A stretch of 64,000 nt of DNA from Mustelus asterias (lineage: Eukaryota): contig NW_027590120.1 of the NCBI RefSeq assembly GCF_964213995.1, forward strand, positions 1,798,001 through 1,862,000. Reading direction: 5' to 3'. Below, piece after piece: positions 48,468 to 64,000 of this stretch. Position 1 is the first letter of the stretch. Every line of letters begins with the position of its first letter. Below the pieces are notes generated by a model. The model was not told the origin of the DNA and did no database searches. It saw only the letters and a list, made by a program, of their open reading frames with translations. A program made the position numbers and the translations under genes.

Positions 48468-49099
48468 CCAGTGCTCTGAGGTTAAGTTTCTTCTTCAAAC
48501 CTAAGAAGATTCAGTGTCACATCAGGGCGGGGAAAAAGGAGTCCATTGGCTTCAGATGGATAATGGTAAAAGTTAATATCCCAATTTATTCACTTTATTC
48601 CTTCAAGCTGAGGTTTACAAAGTGAGAATTCCGCTGTTTATAGCAGTGACTAAATAAGCAATGACACTGATCCTATATTTAAATTAGTCTGGAATACACC
48701 TCAATTTCACACAGGTTAACATTTTTCAAGCATTTGGAACCCCAAATGTCTGCTGATGTGTCATCCAGAGCTGTTTTCCTGGCAGTTTGTGTCAGTAGCA
48801 GGCTGCCGTTACCATCCACTCTTGGGCAGGGTGAGGAGACAGCTCCGACACCGACCTCAGCTGGAATGGGGATTGAACCATACATTAGTCCGCAGGCCAG
48901 CAATGCTGCAGGAATTGCAAAGGGGCTGCACAGAGGTCCAGAATTGGAAGAGGGGGTTGTGAAGATGGAGGAAGCGTCTGCAAGACATGGGGACATTTTG
49001 GATTATCTCAAAATTACAGAATGTGGGAGACCAGTCAGGAATGTGTTGAAATTGTCAAGTCTGGCGGTATGTGGATGTGGGATTCAGCAGCAGATGAAG

Positions 49100-49400
49100 G
49101 GCTGCACGGTGGAACAGTGGTTGGCACTGCTGCCTGACAGCAGTGGGTTTCTGTGCATGTTCTCCCTGTGTCTGAGTTTCCTCTGGGTGCTTCCGTTTCC
49201 TCCTACATTCCAAAGATGTGCAGGTTAGGTGGATTGGCCATGTCAAATTATCCGTTAGCGTCCAAAGATGTGTAGGTTAGGGGGGGTTAGCAGGGTAAAT
49301 GCACAAGGGTACAGGGCCCATCGAGTCTGCACCGACTCTCCAACAGAGCATCTTACCCAGGCCCTATCCCCGTAACCACACATATTTACCCTGCTATTCC
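49100..49400. mobile_element. Degenerate HE1 SINE with inverted tail piece
   Basis: gcacggtggaacagtggttggcactgctgcct head; V-domain remnant. Confidence 0.65.
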
Positions 49401-49881
49401 ACTGTGTTACTTATTCATTACAAAAGGACCAGAGTCTGAGGTTATAAATGGGTGAGTTTACTCCAATAGTAATTCCTTAACATCTGACAAGTTTACAGCT
49501 ATGAATATCCCGCCTATCAAATAGCTCCAGCCTACAGATGAGAGGACCAACATTCAGAGCTTACACATCCTCATCCTGAAGTTACAAAACAGACTTTAGT
49601 CATCGGCCTGCTGATACATCGGCACATTCACACAGGGGTGGATTGGACTGTGATCTGTTTATTATTCATCTTTAGTTCAATACAGTTTCTGAGTGATTTA
49701 AATTTAAAACAAGGTCTGCAGGCGTGAAGATTTATTGACATATGAATGAGAGATGCTGTGGGGTATTCTACAAGTCCAACAGGGTTGATTTACATCAGAA
49801 AAACTCCAACTATCAGTATAAACATAATTCAGTCTGGGATGTAATTAACAGCAGCAATAACAGCAGAATCACCCCCTGTGA

Positions 49882-51087
49882 TCACTGGTGAACTCGCTGG
49901 TGTCTCACCAGGTTGTGTGACTGGGTGAATCCCTTTCCACACATTGAACAAGTGAACGGCTTCTCCTCACTATGAACTTGTTGGTGTCTCAGCAGAATGG
50001 ATGACCGGGTGAATCCTTTCCCACACTCAGTGCAGGTGAACGGTCTCTCCTCAGAGTGATTTCGCTGGTGTGCGAGCAGAAGTTTTCTGCTTTTAAAGCT
50101 CTTCTCACAGTCAGAACATTTGAACGGTCTCTCATTTGTGTGAACAAGTTGGTGTGAAGTGAGAGAGGATAAACAAGTGAATCCCTTCCCACACACAGGG
50201 CAGGTGAACGGCCTCTCCCCAGTGTGAGTTCGCTGGTGTACAGTGAGGTCGCCTGATCGCCTGAAGCCAGTCCCGCAGTGAGAACACATGAATGGTCTCT
50301 CGTCAGAGTGAACACGTTGATGGTGACGCAGTTCCTCAGAACTTTTATAGCCCTTCCCGCAGTCTGGACATTTAAACAGTCTCTCTTCACTGTGAACTCG
50401 TTGGTGTTTCTGCAGGTTGAATGATCGGTTAAACCCCTTCCCACATTCAGAGCAGGTGAATGGCCTCTCTCCAGTGTGAATGCGCTCATGTGCCACAAGG
50501 TGGAATGATGTCCTGAACCCCTTCTGGCAGTGGGAGCAGCTGAACGGTGTGGAACCGGTGTGAATGTACTGGTGCTCCCGGAGTGTGCGTGGAGTTTTAA
50601 AACTCTTTCCACACTCAGTGCATTTAAACTCTCTCCTGTCGGTGTGAACTGGCTGGTGTCTCTGCAGGGCAGAGAAATCTGTGAATCCCTTCCCACACTC
50701 AGAGCAGGTGAATGGCCTCTCCCCTGTGTGAATGTGCTGATGTATCAGCAGGGCCGATGACTGAGTAAATCCTTTTCCACATTCGGAGCAGGTGAACTGC
50801 CTCTCCCTGCTGTGAATGCGCTGGTGAATCAACAGGCCAGCTGTCTGAGTGAATCCCTTCCCACACACAGGGCAGGTAAAAGGTCTCTCTCCAGTGTGAG
50901 TGCGTTGGTGATTTTGCAGGTCAACTGGATAATTGAATCCTTTCCCACAGTCTCCACATTTATACGGTCTCTCCCTGGTGTGACTGCGCTTGTGTCTCGA
51001 CAGGCCAGATGATCGATTGAAGCCTTGTCCACATACAGAACACGTGTACAGTGTCTCCTCTCTGTGAACGGTGCTTTTTTCTTCCAT
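49882..51087 (-). CDS. C2H2 zinc-finger protein, 14 intact fingers (401 aa from ATG 51087; frame open back to acceptor 51193, possibly 470 aa with exon 54994-54894)
   Basis: ORF 49882-51345; ttttcag acceptor; MEEKSTVH start homologous to 15159 and 17773. Confidence 0.9.
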   Translation of the reverse strand: MEEKSTVHREETLYTCSVCGQGFNRSSGLSRHKRSHTRERPYKCGDCGKGFNYPVDLQNHQRTHTGERPFTCPVCGKGFTQTAGLLIHQRIHSRERQFTCSECGKGFTQSSALLIHQHIHTGERPFTCSECGKGFTDFSALQRHQPVHTDRREFKCTECGKSFKTPRTLREHQYIHTGSTPFSCSHCQKGFRTSFHLVAHERIHTGERPFTCSECGKGFNRSFNLQKHQRVHSEERLFKCPDCGKGYKSSEELRHHQRVHSDERPFMCSHCGTGFRRSGDLTVHQRTHTGERPFTCPVCGKGFTCLSSLTSHQLVHTNERPFKCSDCEKSFKSRKLLLAHQRNHSEERPFTCTECGKGFTRSSILLRHQQVHSEEKPFTCSMCGKGFTQSHNLVRHQRVHQ

Positions 51088-51814
51088 GTTCAAAGGCTGA
51101 TGATGTTTAGATCCTGATGAATCAAAGCTCCCTGTCTGATCTTGATGTGATCCTTGATTTACAATTTTCTGTAATTCCTCACCTTCTAATCCGCTGAAAA
51201 ATGAATTGAAAACAGAAAGAGGGAACCATGAGAGACAAGCCATAAATATACAAAGACAAAATGTGAAATTGAGTTGAACTAATCTGGTAAATTGTGGGAT
51301 TCGGACTAGGACATAGTGGATATGAAAGCTGCTGGATTGTGACAAAGCCTCAAACTGTTTACCAATGCACTGAGGGAAAGGAACGCTCCACCTCTTCAGA
51401 GCCTACAACAAGAATCCAGCCTTTATGCGTGAAGAGGGAGAGGTCGGGAGGAGGGTGACGGAGAGAGACTTTATACATCAGCAACTCAACCAGGATTTTG
51501 GCAGAATCTCCTCAACCCACAATCTTCCCCACCTGGAAGTACCAGAGCAACTGGGACATGGGAAAACCACACAACTTCCTGACTTGGACAAATATCACTG
51601 TCCCTTCAACGTGACTGGGTTAAAATTCTAATGCTCTTGCATTGTGGGAGCACCTTTACTATATGGACTGCAGAGGTTCAAGAAGAAGAAGGCCAACTAT
51701 CACCATCACAAAGGATAATTGGTGATTGGTAACGTATCGCTGTCTGTGATAGTAATTCAGGACAAATACCTGGGCCTTTTTTGTTCTTTTGCAAATCTGT
51801 ATGAAACCTGCAAG

Positions 51815-53706
51815 TTCATAAGATATAGGAGCAGAATTAGACCATTCGGCCCCTCGAGTCCGCTCCGCCATTCAATCATGGCTGATATGCTTCTCATCCC
51901 CATTTTCCTGCCTTCTCCCCATAACCTTTCAACCCATAACCAATTAAAAATCTGTCCAACTCCTCCTTAAATTACTCACTGCCCAGCATCCACCGCACTT
52001 TGGGGTAGCAAATTCCACAGATGAACAAAGAACAAAGAACAATACAGCACAGGAACAGGCCCTTCAGCTCTCCAAGCCCGCGCCGCTCCCCGGTCCAGGA
52101 TTGAATCCTGAATCCAGGATCCCCGCCCAATTTTCCAGCCTATCTACATCCTAATATCCTATCCACCGAGCTGTCCCTCACAGCTACGATGCTTTGTTCA
52201 TCACAACCTATTAACTCACCCCCACCCCCCCATTCCAGACCATGTGATCTCCAGGGAGAGGCGAAAACCCAGAGTGAAAACCCCAGGGCCAATATGGGGA
52301 AAAAAAATCTGGGAAATTCCTCTCCGACCCCCTGTGGCGATCGAAACGAGTCCAGGAGATCACACTGGCCCTGATCAGAAAATGCTTCCCAACCCTATTC
52401 ATTTCCACTTCTGCTTTACGAACACCATCTGAATTCCCTGCCCCCGAGACAGGTTCCCAACTATCCGCAGTCTCGCTCTGTACTGGCACCAGCAAGATGA
52501 TCATAGAATGAAGCCTTGAAACGAGAAACAAAGAACAATTAGCCCGCGCTGCTCCCTGGTCCAAACTAGACCACTCTTTTGTATCCCTCCATTCCCACTC
52601 CGTTCATATAGCTGTCTAGATAAGTCTTAAACGTTCCCAGTGTGTCCGCCTCCACCACCTTGCCCGGCAACACATTCCAGGCCCCCACGACCCTCAGTGT
52701 AAAATATGTCCTTCTGATATCTGTGTTAAACCTCCCCCCTTCACCTTGAACCTATGACCCCTCGTGAACGTCACCAGCGACCCGGGGAAAAGCTTCCCAC
52801 CGTTCACCCTATCTATGCCTTTCATAATTTTATACACCTCTATTAAGTCTCCCCTCATCCTCCGTCTTTCCAAGGAGAACAACCCCAGTTTCCCCAATCT
52901 CTCCTCATAACCAAGCCCCTCCATACCAGGCAACATCCTGGTAAACCTCCTCTGTACTCTCTCCAAAGCCTCCACGTCCTTCTGGTAGTGGCGACCAGAA
53001 CTGGACGCAGTATTCCAAATGCGGCCGAACCAACGTTCTATACTTCTGCAACATCAGACCCCAACTTTTATACTCTATGCCCCGTCCTATAAAGGCAAGC
53101 ATGCCATATGCCTTCTTCACCACCTTCTCCACCTGTGACGTCACCTTCAATGATCTGTGGACTTGCACACCCAGGTCCCTCTGCGTCTCTACACCCTTTA
53201 TGGTTCTTCCATTTATCGTGTAGCTCCTCCCTACATTATTCCCACCAAAATGCATCACTTCGCATTTATCAGGATTGAACTCCATCTGCCATTTCTTTGC
53301 CCAAATTTCCAGCCGACCTATATCCTTCTGTAGCCTCTGACAATGTTCCTCACTACCTGCTAGTCCTGCCAGTTTTGTGTCGTCCGCAAACTTACTGATC
53401 ACCCCAGTTACTCCTTCTTCCAGATCATTTATATAAATCACAAACAGCAGAGGTCCCAATACAGAGCCCTGCGGAACACCACTAGTCACAGGCCTCCAGC
53501 CGGAAAAAGACCCTTCCACTACTACCCTCTGTCTTCTATGACCAAGCCAGTTCTCCACCCATCTAGCCACCTCCCCCTTTATCCCATGAGATCCAACCTT
53601 TTTCACTAGCCTACCATGAGGGACTTTGTCAAACGCTTTACTAAAGTCCATATAGACAACATCCACGGCCCTTCCTTCGTCAACCATTCAGGTCACTTCT
53701 TCAAAA
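51815..53706 (-). mobile_element. CR1/HER1 LINE fragment with long 3' UTR (52022-53706), abutting an older LINE tail (51815-52021)
   Basis: ORFs 52905-53687 and 52694-52975; tail ttctttgttctttgttc. Confidence 0.92.
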
Positions 53707-54129
53707 AAGAAAGGAAAACAAGGAAACAAAACCAATGACCGCTACAATCTAGGAGGACAAGGACAGTGGACAGATGGGAAAACCACCACCTGGAAGTCCC
53801 CCTCCAAGCCACTCAGCATCTTGACTTGGAAATATGTCACTGTTCCTTCAATGTCATTGGATCAAAATCCTGGAATTCCCTCCCTAACAACACTGTGGAT
53901 GTACCTACACCACATAGACTGCAGCGATTCAAGAAGGCAGCTCACCACCAGCTTTTCAAGGGCAATTAAGAATGGGCAATAAATGCTAGTCCAGCCAATG
54001 ACTAGAATCAATTGAACAATTTAAAAAATGACTTGGAATATCCATCAGAAAACAATCCTGACAGTTACTCAAATAAATACTTCACTCAGTCACACCAGCT
54101 TCTGAGTTTATATTTGACTGAAGTGGTTG

Positions 54130-54562
54130 GATTTTGCTGCTGTTTGTGGAAAACTTTGGGGCATTTGCCCAGTCCATTACGCAAACTAGCCTCCCATCCA
54201 GTGACTCCATCTACACTTCCCGCTTCCTCGGAAAAGCAGCCAACATAATCGAGAATGTCACACACCCCGGACATACTCTCTTCAACCTTTTTCCGACAAG
54301 AAAAAAGTACAAAAGTCTGAGATCATGTACCAACTGATTCAAGAAACCCTTCTTCCCTGTTGCCATCAGACTTTTGAATAGACCTACTTCTCATTAAGTT
54401 GATCTTTCTCTACAGCCTAACTGTGACTGTAACACTACATTCTGCACCCTTTTCTTTCCTTCTCTCCTATCTGCTCTATGAATGGAATGCTTTGTCTGTA
54501 CAGTGTGCAAGAAATAATAATTTTCACTGTAAACCATAACATGTGACAATAATAAATCAAAA
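54130..54562 (+). mobile_element. Rex1/Babar LINE 3' fragment
   Basis: AQSITQTSLPSSDSIYTSRFLGKAANIIENVTHPGHTLFNLFP...YKSLRSCTN resembles Rex1 ORF end. Confidence 0.75.
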
Positions 54563-54764
54563 TTATCCACCAGTTCCCACTTCTGTTCTTTCTGATGAAT
54601 GAAGGATCTGTGCACAGCTTTTTCGACCCTCCTCCCAATCTCCACATCACAGGAAAAAGATCACCAGTCAATAATAACTACTTTCAATGACGGAGGGTTT
54701 ACCCAGCATTCGCCGCGGTGGTAAATGTCCCCTATTTACACCTGAGGAAGGCGCAATATCACCA

Positions 54765-55087
54765 GTATTGGCGCATGCGCACTGTCAGTCATGGCGCTGG
54801 AGTGAGTCTTTTTGTCTCTTTGCCACGAGGAAGGAAACGGAAACTCTGAGGGAGCGATGGAGCCGGCTCTGGAGAAGAAGAGTTTCTAAACACCTGGTGG
54901 ACGCCTCAAACCACGATTGAGACTCTGCGCTTCCGTGTTTGCAGCTCCGGATCTTTTTCCGCCCGAGGCCCAAGTCCAGGTTAACGGCCGCCATCTTGGA
55001 TCAACGAGAGGCGCATGCGCCAGGGGTCTTCGTGACGCAACACTGAGGGCGGGGCTTAGGTTTTACAGTTCCCACCGGGTCCTAGTT
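54765..55087. promoter_or_regulatory. CpG promoter, inverted paralog of 4160-4480; minus exon 1 for the 51193 ZNF and possible plus exon (GTGAGT 54802)
   Basis: GCGCATGCGC at 54771 and 55011, GCCGCCATCTTG YY1 (54987), TGACGCAA, GGGCGGGG. Confidence 0.75.
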
Positions 55088-55107
55088 TCCAGTACATCAG
55101 AATTCAA

Positions 55108-55378
55108 ATTATTTATTCGTGTCAGAAGTAGGTTTACATTGACACGACAATGAAGTTACTGTGAAAATCCCCGAGTCGCCACACTCCGGCGCCTGTTCGG
55201 GTCCACTGAGAGAGAATTTAGCATGGCCAGTGCACCTAACCAGCACATATTTCGGACTGTGGGAGGAAACCTGAGCACCTGAAGGAAACCCACAGACACA
55301 GGGATAATCTGCAAACTCTACACAGACAGTGACCCAATCCGGGAACTGAAGCCAGGTCTAACCACTGTGCCACCGTGC
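55108..55378 (-). mobile_element. V-SINE alternative-tail copy (also 61900-62200 minus)
   Basis: Same family as 14181-14470. Confidence 0.8.
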
Positions 55379-55940
55379 CTCCCACCAAACTGGGCAACAG
55401 GTGTCTAAACAGTTTCACCCGCTCCCAGCCTGCAGCTGATGTTTGCAGGAGTCCATGAACCATGTACATATTCAGTGTGAGAGGTTGCAGTTCCTGAAGG
55501 AGCTGCTTCTCCACTTCTAGTTCCACTTCTATTCTTCCCCACGCTCCTAATCATTGGCTTCCCATGTGGAGAAGGCTTGGGAGGTCAGAGGATCTTTCCC
55601 TGGACCTGCTCTTGGGGCTGGTTAAAACAGTGATTTGTAGATCAGCATGGGGTAACTAGGTTGTCGGCCTCTCTCCCACGGTCTTGTCCATGCTCTTGTG
55701 GTCCTGGAGAAGAACCGTGCAGTGTCGACTGGAACACTCGAAAACTCCACAACTCAGGGTACAGAGTGTCTCATAGACACTGGAAACAAAGTTCTGGTTT
55801 ACTTGAGATGGAAGTTTGATTGGACCACAAGATTGGGGAAACAAAAGATAAAAGAATATTCCATGGAAACTAGAATTGTCTGTTCTGACTTTCTATCCTG
55901 TACTGACAATGATACTGACTCTGTCAATATCTTTTACAAG

Positions 55941-56606
55941 GTCCACGAGGGCGATGAATTGCTGATGGGAAACTGAAACCAAACATCACATCAAGAGCTG
56001 ACAGAGTCCCTCAATTCATCAGAACCTGAATATCATCGACCTTTAAATGTGGAAGGAGAAATGTTTTTCTGTTTTGGCGGTGAGGAAAGATTTCAAACAT
56101 CAGTGTGACTGGAAAAGCACCAAGACTTACACACACACCCGAGTGAGAGTGTTCCAGTAAACTGACTGAGGAAAGAGCTTTAACCAGTTACACAGCCTGA
56201 TTTTTAAAAAAAACTCACTATTCACAGCAGAGAGCCAAAGGATGAGAAGATCTTGGAGCAGAATTAGGCCATTGGGCCCATTCAGTCTGCTCACTATTCA
56301 CTGATCTGATATAATCCTGAATTCCACTTTCCTGCCTTACCCCCATGACCCTTGATTCCTTTACTGAGAAATAATACACACGTTCTTTGTGTGGACAAGG
56401 CTTGAACAGATTGTTTAACCTCGACGGACACAAGGACACCCAAGGAAACCACGGAAATGTGGGGACTGTGGGAAGGGATTCAGTTACCCTTCGCTGCTGG
56501 AAATACATCGCCGCAGTCACACTGGGGAGAAACCATTCACTTGCTCTGTGTGCAGGAAGGGATTCATTCAGTCATCCCACCTGCTGACCCACCAGCAAGT
56601 TCACAT
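55941..56606 (+). pseudogene. ZNF pseudogene, 2-3 decayed fingers, interrupted by LINE tail (~56245-56368) and truncated by LINE at 56607
   Basis: Acceptor cassette 55860-55940; aaatgtggggactgtgggaagggattc...cacactggggagaaaccattcacttgc. Confidence 0.8.
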
Positions 56607-57430
56607 TGAAGATGGAAGACAATGTGGAGAAGTGTGAGGTTATGCACTTTGGAAGGAGGAATGGAGGCGTAGACTATTTTCTAAATGGGAAAATGCTTAG
56701 GAAATCAGAAACACAAAAGGACTTGGGAGTCCGTGTTCAAGATTCTCTTAAGGTTAACCTGCAGGTTCAGTTGGCAGTTAGGAAGGAAAATGCAATGTTA
56801 GCATTCATGTCGAGAGGGCTAGAATACAAGAGCAGGGATGTACTTCTGAAGCTGTCTAAGGCTCTGGTCAGGCTCCATTTGGACTATTATGAGCAGTTTT
56901 GGGCCTCGTATCTAAGGAAGGATGTGCTGGCCTTGGAAAGGGTCCAGAGGAGGTTCACAAGAATGATCCCTGAAATGAAGAGCTTGTCGTATGAGGAACG
57001 GTTGAGGACTCTGGGTCTGTACTGGTTGGAGTTTAGAAGGATGAGGGGGGATCTTATTGAAACTTACAGGATACTGCGAGGCCTGGATAGTGTGGATGTG
57101 GAGAGGATGTTTCCACTAGTAGGAAAAACTAGAACCAGAGGGAACACAACCTCAGGCTAAAGGGATGATCCTTTAAAACAGAGATGAGGAATTTCTTCAG
57201 CCAGAGAGTGGTGAATCTGTGGAAGTCTTTGCCGCAGGAGGCTGTTGAGGCCAGGTCATTGAGTGTCTTTAAGACAGAGGTCGATAGGTTCTTGATTAAT
57301 AAGGGGATCAGGGGTTATTGGGAAAAGGTAGGAGAATGGGGATGAGAAAAATATCAGCCATGATTGAATGGTGGAGCAGACGCAATGGGCCGAGTGGCCT
57401 AATTCTGCTCCTATGTCTTATGGTCTTATT
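56607..57430 (+). mobile_element. CR1/HER1 LINE 3' fragment
   Basis: ORF 56606-57160 KCEVMHFG...LERVQRRFTRMIP; tail tatgtcttatggtctta. Confidence 0.92.
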
Positions 57431-58689
57431 GGGAAGAGTGTGGGTTTGGGAGTTATTTAAGACAAAGATTGATATCGGATACAAAGGGAATTTAGCATTA
57501 TGGGGAGGGTGAAGATCAGGCATGATCTTATTGAGTAGCAGAGCAGGCCTGAAGGGCTGAATGGCCTCTTCCTGCTTCTATTTCTTATGTTTAATCAGCA
57601 ACTTCCTCATTAGTGTAGAGGTTAGTATCCCCGCCTGTCAGGGGACGCGGTGGTATAGTGGTATCGTCACTGGACTAGCAATCCAGAGACCCAGGGTGAT
57701 CCTCTGGGAACCCAGGTTCAAATTCCAGCGCGGCAGATGGTGAAATTTGAATTCAATAAAAATATGGAATTAAATGTCTGATGATGACCATGAAACCATT
57801 GTCAATTGTTGTAAAAACCCATCTGGTTCACCATCTGATCCTTTAGGGAAGGAAATCTGCCATCCTTACCCGGTCTGGCCTACAATGTGACTCCAGATCC
57901 TCAGCAATGTGGTCGACTCTTAAATGCCCTCAGAGATGGGCAACAAATGCTGGCCCAGCCAGTGACCCTCACATCCCATGGACGAATAAAAAAAGATTAA
58001 CCCTCAGTCTGGTTCCCCTCAAACTGCTGAGTGAGTGAAGTTAATCTTCTTTCACAAATTACCAAGACATCAGACTATACGTCAGGACATGAACATTATT
58101 TGTTGGTTACAAATTGCAGTTAAATTTGGCACACAGACCCTTTCTAGACATGTCTAAATGTAATCAGAGTTATCCTGCAGTTCAAAACTAATGGGGAGAA
58201 CTAGTTCACAAAACAAGTAACCAAGATCCTACAGGATAGTCAGTGATTCACTGTAAGTCAGCCCTAATGGATGCTGAGTATTCATTACAGCAGGGACCAG
58301 AGTCTGAGGATATAAACTGTTAAATTTACTTTCAGAATAATTCCTTCAATATCTGACAAGTTAATAACTTTGAACAACCTGTCAAACAGCTCAAAACAAC
58401 ATGTGATTACCAACATTCAGAGCTAACACAGTCTCATCCTAGAGCTGCAAGATTGGACTGTGATCTGTTTATTGTTCATCTTTATTTCAACACGGTTTCT
58501 AAATGATATAAATTTAAAATGAGGTTTGCAGACATGACGATCTATTGTTTGAGAGATGCGGTGGGGTACATGCTCAGTCTAACATGGGTAACTGACATTA
58601 GAGATCAGCTTCAACTGTCAGAATGAACATGTTTCAGTCCTGGATGGGATTAACAGCAGCAATACCTGCAAAATATAACTTCTGTAATC

Positions 58690-61719
<3,030 letters not shown>

Positions 61720-62550
61720 CTGTGAAATTGATTTAAAATAGAAAAAAAAGGGAATGAGAGAGAATCCACAAAAACACAAACACAGGTCATGAAATTGAGG
61801 CCAGCACTAGGAAACAGTGACCATTAAAACTGGTGCGTTGTCATAACCCAACTGATTCACTCATGTCCTTCACGGAAGGAAACCCGCCACTTGGTCTAAA
61901 GTTTTAAAGTTTATTCATTTGTGTCACAAGTAGGCTTACATTAACACTGCAATGAAGTTACTGTGAAAATCCCCTAGTTGCCACACCCGGCGCCTGTTCA
62001 GGTACACTGAAGGAAAATTTAGCATGGCCAATGCACCTAACCAGCATGTCTTTCGGACTGTGGGAGGAAACCAGAGAACCCAGAGGAAACCCACGCAGAC
62101 ATGGGGAGAATGTGCAGACTCCATGCAGAAAGTGACCAAAGCCAGGATTCAAACCCAGGTCCCTAGCGCTGTGAGGCAGCAGTGCTAACCACTGTGCCAC
62201 CCAATCTAGAATGTAACCTCAATGGGAGGAGGAGAGTTGGGGTGGGGGAGAGGGCCTGGGTAAGACACTCTGTCACAAAGTCGGTGCAGACTTGATGGGC
62301 TGAATAGCCTCCTTCTGCACTGTAGGGATTCTATGAATGGACTCGAGGCTGGGTGAAGCATATTTTTAACCCACACGGGAGCCAAGGGTTACCAGTGGTG
62401 TGGGTATGCAGGGCAGGGTCAGGAAAGTTGTGTGCACACAAGCCATGATCTTGTTGAATTGAAAGTATTATTGATGGACCGAATGGCCTCTTCCTGATCC
62501 TAATTCTGATGTTCCTCTGATGGAGGGATACATGGCCATGAGCAGATGGT

Positions 62551-64000
62551 GACCCTGAGCCCGGACCCGTCGCCACGTCCTGAGCCCGGGCCCGTCGCCG
62601 TGCCCTGAACCCGGGCCTGTCACCGCACCCTGAACCCAGGCCCTGAACCCAGGCCCATCACCGCGCCCTGAACCCAAGCCTGTCGCCGCGCCCTGAACCC
62701 AAGCCTGTCGCCGCGCCCTGAACCCGGGCCTGTCACTGCGCCCTGAACCCAGGCCCCGAACCCGGGCCCATCACCGCGCCCTGAACCTGAGCCTGTTGCC
62801 GCGCCCTGAACCCAGGCCTGTCACCGCGCCCTGAACCCGGGCCCATCACCGCGCCCTGAACCCAAGCCTGTCGCCGCGCCCTGAACCCAAGCCTGTCGCC
62901 GCGCCCTGAACCCGGGCCTGTCACTGCGCCCTGAACCCAGGCCCCGAACCCGGGCCCATCACCGCGCCCTGAACCTGAGCCTGTTGCCGCGCCCTGAACC
63001 CAGGCCTGTCACCGCGCCCTGAACCCGAGCCTGTCACCGTGCCCCGAACCCGGGCCTGTCGCCGCGCCCTGAACCCGGGCCTGTCGCCGCGCCCTGAACC
63101 CGGGCCCATCACCGCGCCCTGAACCCGGGCCTGTCACCGCGCCCTGAACCCGGGCCTGTCACCGCGCCCTGAACCCGAGCCTGTCACCGTGCCCTGAACC
63201 CGGGCCTGTCGCCGCGCCCTGAACCCGGGCCCATCACCGCACCCTGAACCCGGGCCTGTCACCGCGCCCTGAACCCGGGCCTGTCACCGCGCCCTGAACC
63301 CGGGCCCATCACCGCGCCCTGAACCCGGGCCCATCACCGCGCCCTGAACCCGGGCCTGTCACCGCGCCCTGAACCCGGGCCTGTCACCGCGCCCTGAACC
63401 CGGGCCTGTCACCGCGCCCTGAACCCGGGCCCATCACCGCGCCCTGAACCCGGGCCCATCACCGCGCCCTGAACCCGGGCCTGTCACCGCGCCCTGAACC
63501 CGGGCCCGTCACCGCGCCCTGAACCCGGGCTGTCACCGCGCCCTGAACCTGAGCCTGTCGCCGCGCCCTGAACCTGAGCCTGTCGCCGCGCCCTGAACCC
63601 GGGCTGTCACCGCGCCCTGAACCTGAGCCTGTCGCCGCGCCCTGAACCCGGGCCCCGAACCTGGGCCCATCACCGTGCCCTGAACCCGAGCCTGTCGCCG
63701 CGCCCTGAACCCGAGCCTGTCGCCGCGCCCTGAACCCGAGCCTGTCGCCACGTCCTGAACCCGAGCCTGTCGCCCTGCCCTGAACCCGAGCCTGTCGCCG
63801 CGCCCTGAACCCGAGCCTGTCGCCCTGCCCTGAACCCGAGCCTGTCGCCGCACCCTGAACCCGAGCCTGTCGCCGCGCCCTGAACCCGAGCCTGTCGCCG
63901 CGCCCTGAACCCGGGCCTGTCGCCGCGTCCTGAACCCGGGCCTGTCGCCGTGCCCTGAACCCGGGCTCGTCGCCGCGCCCTGAACCCGAGCCTGTCGCCG
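62551..64000. repeat. GC-rich 25-bp tandem array, runs off the window
   Basis: ccctgaacccg(g/a)gcctgtc(a/g)ccgcg with period 25; local 188-bp higher-order duplication near 62640-63020. Confidence 0.97.

Noticed and set aside
62468-63853. Gly/Arg-rich ORFs
   Set aside because: Translations of the 25-bp tandem array.

Overview
Vertebrate, almost certainly cartilaginous-fish (shark-type) genomic DNA. The window is a dense cluster of KRAB-less tandem C2H2 zinc-finger genes: five with long open finger arrays (6601+, 24621+, 29225+, 37526-, 51087-) and about six pseudogenes or relics. Most sit behind a paralogous splice-acceptor cassette and a paralogous CpG-rich NRF1/YY1/CCAAT promoter. The spaces between are filled with CR1/HER1-type LINE fragments, HE1/V-SINEs, L2, Rex1, Deu-SINE and Penelope-like (PLE) fragments, plus several minisatellites. 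The most notable signals are: (i) two families of minimal hammerhead ribozyme motifs in PLE and palindromic repeats, with covarying stems, one family carrying a compensatory U3:A8 core; (ii) a conserved TGGAGGACC-N11/14-GGTCCTCCA palindrome in six promoter-like islands; (iii) first exons whose YY1-site ATG splices in phase 2 onto an acidic N-terminal segment of the ZNF exon; (iv) a shared 15-codon uORF derived from a decayed finger. Repeat family names come from recall of consensus sequences, not from database searches, and repeat boundaries are approximate.
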